The translations under genes were made by a program, and so were the position numbers. DNA of 64,000 nt from Lama guanicoe (taxonomy: Eukaryota). Shown piece after piece: positions 34,561-47,049 of this stretch. Every line of letters begins with the position of its first letter. Position 1 is the stretch's first letter. The stretch spans positions 3,924,399-3,988,398 of the forward strand of contig MU053934.1 of assembly GCA_013239625.1 (NCBI GenBank), given 5' to 3'. The notes beneath the pieces were generated by a model. It was not told where the DNA came from. It was given only the letters and a program-made list of their open reading frames with translations, and did no database searches.

Positions 34561-37479
34561 CCGCCGGCTTGCGCGCTCCCGCCCGGCGCGCGCCCGCGGC
34601 TCCCATTGAGCCCCGGGCCCGCCCGCTGATGTCATCCCCGGCCCGCCGCCGCCGCCCCGGAGGATTTAAAGGGCCCGCGCCCTCCGCTCCCGGGGACGAT
34701 GGGGGGCCGCAGCCAGGAAACATGGCCCCCCATCCTCGCAAGGAGCGCCTTGCAGGAACGAGGTCTTACGGATGGGGCCGGGAAGCACACACACAATGAC
34801 ACCCTGATCCAGTGGGGACACAAGTGGAAAAACTTGAGTGGGGGTGGGGAGGAGGGGGCCACACAAAAAGCTGGGGTTTCCTAGACCCAAAGCCTCCTCT
34901 CCCCTCTGCCAGTTCTCTCCTCTCACAGCCTAGCAGTGGGCCCCTCCAAAGGCCAGTGTTTATGTGAGTTACTGCAAAAGGAGACTGTTGAGAGAGTTGT
35001 GGGCTTACTCCACCTCTGGGCTCTGAGTGCTGCAGAACACACAGGCCAGGTTGATTCAGGGGCTAACGATTTGACAGGACAGCAAGAGATAGAGGGACAT
35101 TGACAAAAGGCTCAGAGAGGTAGCCAGGGCTATGCTGCATTCTGCCCTCCATGGAAAAATCAAAAGCAAAGACTTTTTTCTCCCTCTTCCAGCAGCTCAA
35201 ACTGATGGGCACAGAACTGACCTCAAAACCAATCCTGTTCTCCCACGTTTAATGAGGGACCCCACCCTGCCATGGAACCAACTCCTGTGTAGTGCACATT
35301 TAGTCAAGGACCCCCCTAGCTCTAGGCTTGGGTCTCCTTAACTGCAAATTGGGAAGGAGCACCCTTCCCTCCCCAGGTCACTGAGAATTAATTAAGGCTT
35401 CCTACTTGGCTTCCAGAGCAGCCAATGAAAGGTTATTAAAATGATGATATTTGCGCTGTACCATTCAAAGCTCCAAATCATGACACACATCCATTCACGC
35501 ACACAACTGTGACAGTGGACACACACAATGCTGGAGTGCAGTGCATCCAATCCCAGAAGCATGGATCCTGGGAGGAGTCACTTCCATAATAACCACATCT
35601 TCCTTCAAGCCTGAGAGACTTAGTCACACACCGTCCAAACTGGCAGGAGCCCCACAGACCAAGTTCTTCTTTCATAGCCCAGGAAACTGCAGCCCAGAGA
35701 GAAGGAGTGAGCCTGGGACCACACAGCACAGCAAGATGGCTCTGTTCTCCCAGTGGTTCCTGGGAAACTGAATCTATCATGAGCTCATTTCCAACAGCAG
35801 GAGAGTGAGGACAAGCCTCCCAGGAGAGATCTGGGGCAGTCAACTGGGGATCTGCCCTCGGTGTCACTTTTGCCAGAGCAGAGGGTCACCAGCCACAGTG
35901 GTGGGCTTTGCTTGGCCTGCATGCTGTTTGTTGTTATTTCTTTGTTTTGTTAATTGACACAATGTTTTTAAATGGGTACAATTCATATTACAGGTCCATA
36001 TTCCTTATTTCTCTTCAAGCAAGGGGAAATTTACCACTCTGGGCCCAAACTCACACTCGGCTCTGGCAACACTCAGCTGGCCTGGGCAGCAGCCACCCAC
36101 CTTAATCACAGCCCAAGGACCCCATTTGTTTACTCACATCAGCCTGTTTTACCCATTTTTATGACTCCCTCATCTCCGGGAAGTTCTCAGGTTTGACCCT
36201 GTCTTAGAGGCCACCAGGCTTAGCTATCAATGCCCTTCCCTTTCATCCATTTCTATTCCAACCTCACCAACCCTGAATCCTGCTTCCAGTGTCCAGAGAT
36301 GCCAGCCCTCCCTGTGGCTGCAGGTTCTCCTCAGTGAGACAAGGTGCCCGGCCCCTGGCATTTCTGAGCAGGGTGGAATACACCCCTGTGTCCTCCATCC
36401 TCACCACCCCAACCTTCCCACCTGGCCTGGCTTCCCAATCATGGTCCTCTCTCTCTAGGATGGGACTAGTCCTCTTCTAGGACCTACGGAGTCCCTGGCA
36501 CTGGGAGAAGTGGGTGTCTCATTTAATCCTCTCAAATGACAGATGAAACCCTAATCTATCCTTTCCCTAGTTCAGAAAGGAATCTGAGGTTCCTAACATT
36601 TGCCTAAGGGTATAAATTCAGATGTCCCAGTCTCCGCTTCTAATCTTATCACATGTCCCCTCCCATTCCAGAACTTGTAACTGACCTCCCCCACTCCCTC
36701 TATGACCCTATTGAAGATCCTGGTCAGTCTTAAGACCCACTCCTCCCTTCATGGCCTGCCCCCAGTCTCTCTCCCCTGTCCCCACCCTTTCTCTGCCTTG
36801 GAAGAATTCTCCCCACACCCCCTCCCTGACTAGCTGTTCTGTGGGCCTAATTTCTCCTCCTCCCTACTTCCCTCAAGACCATGGGTCCTTCTAAAGAGCT
36901 TTGCAGTTCAGCTCTAAGGAGGAACTGAGGGGACACAAAACCCAAGGAGGGGAGGTGATTCCAAAGGAAAGAAATCTTACAGAGTTCCAGTAGCCTCGGG
37001 GCCTGACTTCTGGTTCCAGACTGGATTCTCCAAGATTCCTCCTGGGACTTAACTCCCAACTTTAAAGCCCAAGGGTGTGGCCAGCTGGAGTTCCCCTAAC
37101 CCCTCCATCCCCACCCTCCCACCGACCCAGAAGATGCAGTCAGGCCGAGGACAATAGGCATCAGCGAAGTCCTGATCACTAGGTCCGGGGGAGGGCCCCC
37201 CAGCACTTTTCCAACCTGACAGCTTCTACCTATTTCCCTGGCACCCCAGTGCCCTGAGTTGGGGGGTCTTAGGGTGCCCTGGAACCACCAGACCGTGAGG
37301 ATGACATTACAGATGAACCCAGTGATGGGGAGAAAGATTTTAGTACCACCCAAAGGGACCTACAACTTGAGTCTGGAGGTGGTGGGCAGGGGGTGGCAGG
37401 GAAGGTCCTTAAAAAATGACCCTACACAATCTGTCCCCTCAGGCTGTCCTCCAGCCTCAGGGCTTCAGGCCTGGCTGTC

Positions 37480-37840
37480 CCGCTGCCTGGGGCCATTTCC
37501 CCTCAGCTCATTCACAGCTCACTCCCTCACCTCCCTCAGGTCTGGACCCCCAAGCTCCTTTCACAGGGAGGCCTTCCAATCCTGACTCAAGATCCCCCAC
37601 CCTGGGGCACTGCCTTCCTCTCTTCTGCTTCATTTTTTCCTAACTATTATCACTAACTAACATAATCCATGTGGTATTTATTGGATTTTTCTTTTGGTCT
37701 ATGTCCCCCACTAGAATATCAGTTGCATGAAGGTGGGAGGTTAAAGCTATTTGGGGGCATCACTGTGTCACCAGTATCAAGACTAGTGTCTGGCACATAG
37801 GATGTATTGGCCAAATATTTGCTAAATGAGTGAATGGTTG
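37480..37840 (+). mobile_element. LINE-2 3' end
   Basis: ccactagaat...tagtgtctggcacatag...aaatatttgctaaatgagtgaatg. Confidence 0.7.
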
Positions 37841-40800
37841 GACTGAGAAGGGACAGCCTCAACACTGAGAATACATTGAACGCTGTCACTCACTGAGCAC
37901 CTACTGCATGCCAGGCCCTCTATGAGACACATTCCTGCATTCAATCCTCACATCCACCCTCAGCGGAAGCAGTCGCCCAGGCTGGTGGAGAACACAGCTC
38001 CGGGACAATCCCTGTCCCTCTCCAACAGACCCCTGAGCTCCTCTACTAGAGAAGCAATTCTGGGCCCCAGTTGAGAGCCCCAGGTCCTCATGGGGCTCAT
38101 TTATTCCAACTCCATCATTTCACTGGCAGAGAGTCTGAGACTCAGGGAGCCTTGTTCAAGGTCACAGAGGGAATCCGAGTCAGTGACCCACTGGGGTTAA
38201 GAAGCTGCCTTCAAATACTGAGTCTGTCACTTTTTAACTCTATGGCCCTCAGAAAGTTCCTTAAACTCTCTGAGTTTCATTTGTAAAAGGGAGGGAATAC
38301 AGATGATCTGCACGAAACCAAAAGAAAACCCTGAGTAAGGGGAACATGTTGACCTTGAACAGCTCTGAGCAGCGGACTGGCAGTGAAGCGCGGGCTGCCT
38401 GTCTTGGTTTCCCTCTAGCAGCACAGGCAGCATCCACAGCTTCTTCTTTCCTTTTTTTTTTCCCCCAAGCCTCTTCTTTCCTTACCTTACCTCCCCTGGA
38501 GGAGCCACCACCAGCCCCTTTGAGGTGGGCATGGATTGGAGGTACGCAAGCCTAACTGGGCCCAGGAGAGCCACTGGCCTTGCCCGCTGTCTACATCTGT
38601 GGTCTTGATTCCAGGAGACCCCTGCAAGAAGTTTCTCTGGGGTCTTCCTCTTCTCAGCTACTGCTGTGTCTCTCCCAAGACCCCCAAGAGTCAGTGGCCC
38701 CCACAGGCTCTGCTCTAAGAGAGCCTCCTCAGGCGTGCCAGCCTGAAAACGGGGCCCTGCTCCATTGCCCTCAGCCAGTGAGGCCTAGGCGCCTTGCCCC
38801 CAGACCCTTCCAGGATGTCCCACCCATCTCTGGCTGCTCCCACAGCAGTGCCCTGTCTCCAAGAGATGCCTTGGCCCTGGCCTCTCCAGACTCCACTGCT
38901 CTTAGACGCTTCTCCTGGTGACCTCACCACATCGTCATGTCTAGTCAGGTCATTCCCCGCAGTGGTTCCTCCCTCCCCTGCCATCTTCAGCTGAGAGGCA
39001 GCGGGGCGGGGTAGCAAGAGGTCTGAACCATGGGCCAGGAGGCCTGGATTTGAGTGCCACTGATTTCAATGAGACCTTGGAGAATTCACAGCCCCTCTCT
39101 AGAGGGCTGGAAAGGAGACCTCTACGGCTCCCTCTTCTGTTTCCCTGTCTGTAAACTCAAGGCTGGACCAGATGGGAAATGGCCTACACACTCCATACCC
39201 GGGCACTTTCTTAAGAAAGCTCCTGAGGCCACACACAACTGGGTTCAGTGGGAAAGGCTTCTCTTCCCCCCACCTCCCCACTTTCAAAACATGTGCACTT
39301 CCTATCAGCTCTGCCTCCCAACTAAATTCTGAACACAGCCTCCTCTCACTGTGTACACCTTTCACTTGGAAATTACGTCAGTCTATTAATGGTGAGACCA
39401 CATCCCTCTGCTGATGAAAAGACACCAATGGCTACTTCTGTCCTTAGTGTGAAATCCACATTCTCTCTCAGGCCTGCTATGATATGGCCCCAACTTGCCT
39501 TTTAGATCTCATCTTGAGCATCTCCCCACCAAAACCCCTGCCTTTCATTTCATCATGCCTCAGGGTCTTTGCACTCACTGTTCCTTCTGCCTAGAATTAT
39601 CCCTGCCCAGGTCTTCAATGGCTGCCTCCTACTCATGGTTCAAATCACAATTCAAAAGTCACCTCCTCACAGAGGCCTTCCCCGACCACACCATCTTAAG
39701 CAGGCCCCCTTGCCCTCCGACCTTCTCTATTGGATCACCGTGACTTATTGTCTTTGTGGAACTTACTAGAGGCCAAAAACTTCAGCTTGTTTATTTTTAA
39801 TGCCCGTGAACATAAGCTCCAACAGAAAGAAAGCCGCCTATAGATGCTCCTGTGGGTGCTCAGTTGGTAATAGGTGTCCCGTAAATACTTGTGCAATGAG
39901 CGAACTCTGCCTCGGGTGTGTGGTTGCGGGGGTGGAGGCAGGGCTGGCACTTTCCATCCCTGGGCCAGACGTGCCTGACAGCCTTCCCTCAGGAATAGGC
40001 CTGTGGTTTCTCCCCAACCCCCTCCCCCCTTCTCAGCCCGCCCCCTCTGCCGGGCACATCCTCTTTCAGCATTCCCTATGCTGCTCTCTTCTTAGGAGAA
40101 ATCAACTCCCAGGGGAGTTAGGAAAGCCTGCCACGTGTCCCTTATGCAGGCACAGTGAGCACTAAAAATACCCCAGCATCACCAAAGGACCACATCTCCC
40201 TGTCTCCAGCTCCCCCACCCCACCGCCTCCCAATCCACATCTGCCTCCTTCCTTCAACTCAGCCTGTCACCTGACTGCCCCTCTGGGCTCACCTGACCCT
40301 CTGCTTGCCACAATCTCCCTTGTCTGTACTGCTGCTGACTGGCTCCAAAACTTGCTCCTTCCATCCTCTGGGAATCCAGGGAATCCCATTCTCAGGACAC
40401 ACAACCACTCATTAGCTGGGCCACGGGAATTATGACGATTGCCACGGCTAATAATCCCAATTCCCACAGCAACACTTCTCAACTCAGCATAGTTTGTGCA
40501 ATTCATCATCTCCTCACCAGGTCACGTGTCTGTCCACAAACATTTCCTGATGCCAACTCCTCGCAGGGCCTGAGAGGTTCACACTGGACCATGTTGGCCA
40601 GGAGTTGACAGTCTGCCAGGGGAGACTGGGCATACCAAGAAAAAAGATGGACTAACATTGCCGGGGAGAGAACATGCTAGCAGTGAGTGCCACAGGACAG
40701 GCCCACGTGGCCGGGGGGGGGGGGGGGGGGGGGAGCACCGAGGGGCTGTGACCCGCCCCCTCACCCTCCACCAGGACATTCTAAGAGATGCACCACCTGG

Positions 40801-41381
40801 GTTTTCTTTGCTTTGTAGGAAGCACTACGCAAACACAGCATCCAGACAAGGCTCTGAGCCCCCTTCTAACCAGACTGCTCCCGAGCCCCTTCTACAGAGT
40901 GATTCTGGAGTTGGCACTGGGGAGGGAGGGAGGAGGTGGGACTTGAAGTGCGTAGAATTATGAGAGCGGAGAGGAAACAGAAAGCTAGGAAGAACAGCCT
41001 GAGTGAATACTCTGTGGGAGGAACCTCAGATATTTGGGGGTGAGGAGACCATTCAGCTGGCACCCAGGATCCCTCTCCCTCCAGGGAGGAGCTTGAAAAG
41101 GAAGGTGGAGGTCGGCAGGATCTCCAATCCCAAACAGCTAAATATAGGATTTATCCACTGGTTTTACTCATTGCAGCTTCGAGTTTTGCACTCGGATAAG
41201 AAGAAGAGGGAAAGAACTAATAAGTTAGAATTTATTAGACAGATGATGTGCCAGGCACTGCCCTGGATACTTATCATTGAATCTTGTTTAATTCTACAAC
41301 AATCCTCTGAGCTGCAGATCGCCCCACCTGTTTTACAGGTAGAAACCCAAGGCTGAGATACTTTAAGAGAATCTGACCTAA

Positions 41382-41538
41382 CTGTATTCAATATCTTGTG
41401 ATAACCTGTAATGAAAAAGAGTATGAAAATGAATATATGTATGTATATGCATGACTGGGACATTGTGCTGTACACCAGAAATTAACACATTGTAACTGAC
41501 TCTACTTCAATTTAAAAAAATTCTGTGAATATGTTTAA
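41382..41538 (+). mobile_element. Young, strongly 5'-truncated L1 3' end with a perfect 17-bp TSD
   Basis: aagagaatctgacctaa at 41365-41381 and 41539-41555; the body closely matches the L1 tail at 42.64-42.76 kb. Confidence 0.9.
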
Positions 41539-42199
41539 AAGAGAATCTGACCTAATATTCATAAAAGTTATGAAGGACTCCAATTTACCCTTCCAGACCC
41601 ACCCTGGAGCCTCACCCTGCCTCGGGGACTGTGCCCCAATCTGCTTTTGTCTCCTTCTTGCATGCCAACTGGGACCTGCCCCTATATCTGAGGCCCCCGC
41701 TGAATGAGTTTGCTCACCTGCTCTGGAAGTATCCAGGGGATTCTGGTTTCCACTAAGGTAGCTATCTCTAAAGTAGACACCTGTGCCCCAGGAAGTATAT
41801 TATGTGATCCATCAGGGTATGAGAAGAAAAAAATTGGAATTTGTATTCTTATTTCATTTTTAACCTTAGCCTTCTAAATATTCTATTTTAATGTATGTTT
41901 TATAGTGCACACATTAGCACAGAGGACAAATATTTACATAAGTTATAACAAATATATATATATATATTTGAATACAAAATGAATGATCAAAATTATTTGC
42001 ACAGACTGGGTGTGCCACCAAGTTTGCCTTTGTGTTTGGGGACCCCTGCAGTGAGTTCTCACTTGAGAGGCAGTGGTGGTAGAGACCCTGCTTTTTCTAG
42101 CTGGATGCAAGTCTTCAATCAGCTACTTCTGGGCTAAGTAGCTGGGCTAAGGCTTAACCTTCCTAAGCCTCTTTTCTTCATCTCAGAAACAGGGGTGGC

Positions 42200-42768
42200 C
42201 AATGTTCATAGCAGCACTATATGTAATAGCCAAGACATAGAAGCAACCTAAATGTCCATCAACAGATGACTGGATAAAGAAGTTGTGGTATATTTATACA
42301 ATGGAATACTACTCAGCCATAAAAAAGAATAAAATAATGCCATTTGCAGCAACATGGCTGGACCTAGTCATTCTAAGTGAAGTAAGCCAGAAAGAGAAAG
42401 AAAAATACCATATGATATCACTCAAATGTGGAATCTAAAAAAAGAAAAAAGAAAAAAAGGACACTATGAACTCACCTACAAAACAGAAACAGATTTGCAG
42501 ACATAGTAAACAATCTTATGGTTATCTGGGAAAGAGAGTGGGAAGGGATAAATTTGGCAGTTTGAGATTTACAAATGTTAGCCACTACATATAAAAATAG
42601 ATTTTAAAAAATGTTTCTGCTGAATAGCACAGGGAACTATGTTCAATATATTGTAATAACCTTTAATAAAAAATGAATATATGTATGTATATGCATGACT
42701 GGGACATTGTGCAGTGCACCAGAAATTAACACATTGTAACTGATGGTACTTCAATTAAAAAGAAAAAA
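42200..42768 (+). mobile_element. Young 5'-truncated L1 (end of ORF2, 3'UTR, A tail) inserted into a MIR
   Basis: aatgttcatagcagcacta...caacctaaatgtccatcaacagatgactggataaagaag...atgccatttgcagcaacatgg; degenerate TSD agaaacaggggtggc / agaaactagggtggc. Confidence 0.88.
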
Positions 42769-45419
42769 AGAAACTAGGGTGGCAGTAGCACTCACCTCAG
42801 GTGAATTAAAAGAGATAAATGGACATAAAGCCTGTAGCCCAGAGCTGACACCTGAATGAGAGATGCAGTTATTGCTACTACCTTGTGGTGGGCCCTGACC
42901 TGGTAGAGTGTGTCTGCTATAGGAGACCCAGAACCCAGAATAAGTCATTAGAAATCGGTGTGACCAGTGTTAAGATGGACATCAGGACACCAACAGACAC
43001 GAATGGAGTGGGAAAATTCCCCCAGAGAGCCCTGATGGCCCATGAAGAAGATGATGATGTGGAGATGACATGCGTCAAATCAGACACCATTTTAGGCTAA
43101 AGAGGCAGTGGTAACGGGAGTGCACGTGTGAGTTAGAATGCCTGGGGTTCAATCGTGCCTCCACATGGGCGACTTATTTAACTATTCTTGCCTCAGTTTC
43201 ACCACCTGTTAAACAGGGACAGTAATGTGTCTATTTCATAGTATTGCTCTAAAGCACTTAGAACAAGAGGCTGGCAAATGGGGCTGGCAGTTGAGTATCA
43301 ACTATCAAGTTCTGGAACAGACAAGTGGCAGAGGTGGGGATGTTTTAGAGTATAATTTCCCAGGCCCAAGGCAGGGACTTGATTCTGGGTCCTGGGGCTG
43401 ATTGTCACTCTAAATGACTTAAAAATTGTGACTATGCAACATATCACCTCCAGTTTTCTGTGGGTTGGAAAGTAACTTCCCTAATTCTGTCTCAGAACAG
43501 CAGAGACCCCAGACACTCAATTGCTAGCAAAATCTGACACCCTTATTACTGTCCTGGAATGACTCAGGCCCAGCAGAAAGAGATGGCCTCAGAGGGCTGT
43601 GGACCCTCACAACAAGATTTTTCTTAACACTTAAGAATTCCCACCGGGGCACAGAGCTCTTTCTCATCCAGTGGGAGCATGCTGTAGAGACACATTAAAG
43701 TAAAACCAAATTAGAAACACAGAACAAAACCTCCCAGGTCTAAAAACAGATGGCTCAGGGAAGGGTGGATTTCCCATCCTGAGGTGTGGCCACAGGTACT
43801 CATCTGGTTCAGCTGACAAGGTATCTAGGGCCCCCTCTCAAGACGGCCAGGAGGTCAAGAAAATGAAGAGTTCAAGGGAGGGTGTATGACCAGAAATTGA
43901 ATGGGCTCCTAAAAGTAGAAGGAGGCCCTGGCTACCTGTGGATGGACAGGCCTGGTTCTAAGGTACTAAGTAGGTAGGTGAGGAGTTATTATCCCCATTT
44001 CACAGATAAGAAAATGGAGGCTCAAAGAGCAGAGGCTTCTGTTTTCTTTAAGTGCAGCTGGCCTGGTATACGTGCTGCAGCTGATGACTCAGTCCTGACC
44101 TCTTCCTCCCGCTGCATTGAGTAGTCTCTGGTGTGGCAGCCTATGGGGGAGTGAGGAGCCTGGGAGTCCACAGGTACTCTGTTACTGCGGCCTATGTGGA
44201 TCCTGATCAAATCACTTGTCCTCTGAGCTTCAGTTTCCTTATCTGAACAAAGGGTTGATTACTAGCTCCACCTCTGACCCCCCCCCCCCCCCCCCCCCCA
44301 TCTTCCTATCTTCTCACTCAACCCCCCATCTTCCTCTCTTCTCACTCTGAACTCTTTTCAGAAGCTTGTCTCAAGGAATTGAACCCAGTGGGGGCCTGAC
44401 AGTCACCAGGCCTGCCTTAGGGACCATGTCTGTGCCTGGCCCAAACAGAGTGGATGTGAGTCCTTCCTGTTGATTCATGCCCCTCTGCCCCAGACTCAGA
44501 AACATCTCTATTCAGAGGGTTTTATCCCAAGAGCCCATCCCCGTCTCCCTAACTCTTCCCTGACTGCTCCCTCAACTTCGGCTGGTCCAAAGCCCTCCTT
44601 CAAACTCACAAACATGTGGACCCTTTTTCTGCCAGAACCATGGGGGTGGGGGTGGGGGGAGATTTTCTACATAGCTCACTTAATCCTCACAACACCCCCA
44701 GGAAGAAGCTTTACGTAGTCATTTCCCAGATGTGGAAACTGATGCTTAGAGAGAGCAAAGATCTTTCCCAAGATCCCAGCGTTGGAGACGGAGGTCTTGG
44801 CAGGTCTGACCTACAGCCCATGTTTTTTCTATTACACCTCCCTGTCTCCCCCTCAAGTCCTTCCTCCAAGTGTTCAGAATGGTACCCAACTATGGCCCAT
44901 CCCTCAAATGTACCATTATGCAGCCATTAAAAATAATGATTACACATACACGAATGACTAATAACAACACGACGAAATGCTTATGACACAATGATAAGAG
45001 GGGAAAAGCAAGACACAACAATTGTAAATAAAGTATGATAACATTATATTAAAATGATTGTTCATAGAAAAAAGATTGAAAGGAAATATACCAAAATATC
45101 CAGTTGTTTTGCTTATGTGTTAGTACCATGGGTGATTCCTTTCTTACTTTTATTCATTTGCCAAATAGTCAATCAGTGCATATTACTTTTACAACAAAGA
45201 AAAGATATCATGTAAAAAAAAAGAAGTAATAACCTGCTGTTTCCTCTTCAACTTCCTCTCCTTCAAATCCCTCCAAAGCCTACGTTTTCATACAACGTGA
45301 CTATAACCAAGAGATATGGTAGGAGTTTGGGGAGCAACCAGTACCTTTGCAGACCCAGGACCCTCTCCGTTCTATGACAAGGCTATCCTCTGCGTCCAGT
45401 GAGAACTCCCACCCCAGAC

Positions 45420-45760
45420 CCTTCTCACAGCCCGGGTCGGAGCTCCTGCGGACGCTCACCTGACACTCGCGGGTCGGCCTCCGAGATGCGAGACGCGCAC
45501 ACCTGTCCCTCCAGGTGAGGACTCTGCTAGGGCGCCGCGCGCAGGAAGGAGGGAGCCGACCGGGGGCGGAGCCGTGACGTCACCACTCCGGTCCCGCCCC
45601 CGGCTTCCCGGCCACGCCCCGGCTTCCAGGCCCGCGGGGATTCATGGTTCTCATGCTTGCGGGGTGAGGTGCTGCGGACTCTTCCCTCGCCGCGCAAGCC
45701 TCACGCAGATGTGGCCCCCAGCCATCAGCTGTGCGTCCAAGTGCGGCCCTCGGGGTAGGA
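45420..45760. promoter_or_regulatory. CpG island with a palindromic CRE and flanking GC boxes; candidate distal or bidirectional promoter
   Basis: GTGACGTCAC 45574-45583, GGGGCGGAGC 45563-45572, CCCGCCCC 45593-45600, minus-strand donor CAG|GTGAGC at 45460/45459. Confidence 0.7.
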
Positions 45761-46338
45761 GGAGTGATAGGAGAGGTTCCACTCTTCAAGGACGAGGGTC
45801 CCCTTGAGAAACCGAGAAAGACCTAGGATCCCCACCACCCTACATCCACCCCCTGGTTTACGCAGAACTGTTGGGTCTTCGGATTCCAGGTTCAAATCAC
45901 TTGGGGGAAGGAATGATCTCCAGAGGGACAGAGGCAGCCTCTGATTCCCCGAGTGTTTCCTTCAATTTGTACGTCACTCTCTATACTTCTCCCCATCCTA
46001 CCCCGAGCCCCCCTGCTAAGGAAGCGAGCCGGGAGTGTGTGTGTGAGTGGCACAAAGTGTGATTCCAGCCCTTGGGTTTCGGGAATAGTTATCCTGGCAT
46101 CTGACACCTATAGTCAGAAAACTGTTTCCATCTTGTTTGTATTATCCGCGATTGTTTATATTTGGCAAAGTTCTATGTTGAAAATGACAGCAAAATGGTG
46201 GCAAAAATCAAGGGCACTACTAGGTTCCACCTCCCCAAGAACTTTAAAATGTGCTCACCCTTGGATCCAGCAATTCCATTTCTGGAAATCTATCCTAAGG
46301 AAGTCATTCAGAGTACACGTTCATTATGGAGTCCCTTA

Positions 46339-46376
46339 TATAAGTACCGCGCGCTAACCGATTGCGCCACTGGAGC
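46339..46376 (-). pseudogene. Tail-less retrocopy of the 5' half (5' exon) of tRNA-Ile(UAU)
   Basis: Minus strand GCTCCAGTGGCGCAATCGGTTAGCGCGCGGTACTTATA matches the 5' exon of vertebrate tRNA-Ile-TAT as recalled; direct repeat tggagtcccttata at 46327-46340 and 46380-46393. Confidence 0.85.
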
Positions 46377-47049
46377 TTCTGGAGTCCCTTATAATGGTGA
46401 AACTTGGAACCAGTCTAAGTGTCCAACACCTGGAGCAGGTGAACAGTGCAAACACACAATGGAATATTATGCAACCATTTGAGAGTTATGTTTACAAACA
46501 GCTTAGCATATGAGGAAATATGTTAAAATATTAAGAGAATAAAAGCAATGTAACTGTGTGGTGACAGCAGGCTTACAGTTGAACTTTAAAGCAAAACACA
46601 ATTTCATGCATAGGAAATAGCCTGGAAAGAAAATATGCACTGTAGTTATTTCTGGGGCACTATGAAGCTTATTTTTTAAATTCTTGTTTCATCTAGTAGG
46701 TTCATTTCACTTTTATAAAGTGAAATAAGTTTATTAAATTTCCCATTAATTGAGCACTTACTAGAATTTAGAATAAGCACCTGTCGTCTAATCTTTGCAG
46801 TAGCCCTGAAGTAGGAATCAGTAGTCTCTCCCTCCCACCCAGGAGGCTTCAAGGCTGGCAGGGCACTAGTGGGACCAGGAAGGACTAAGCTTCCTAGAGA
46901 CCAAACTACAAGGTTGAGAGGTCAGCTATTTCAACCTCTTCAGTTATTTTATAGCCCTAGTATATTTTTCTGATTATTATTTTATTATAGAAAATCAGAA
47001 GTCAATAAAATACAGAGGAGAAATAGAAGTCCATCCCTTCATTGCTTTA

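Larger units (their letters stand above)
34100..34750 (-). promoter_or_regulatory. CSNK1E: CSNK1E CpG island promoter
   Basis: Very high CpG/GC content, TATA-like TTTAAAT at 34670-34664 and CRE-like TGACATCA at 34634-34627. Confidence 0.85.

Noticed and set aside
33626..34799. Long Ala/Pro/Arg-rich ORFs over the CSNK1E promoter
   Set aside because: Expected from stop-codon depletion in a CpG island.
46339..46376. Functional tRNA-Ile gene
   Set aside because: Only the 5' half is present; no intron, T-arm, B-box or 3' acceptor strand follows.
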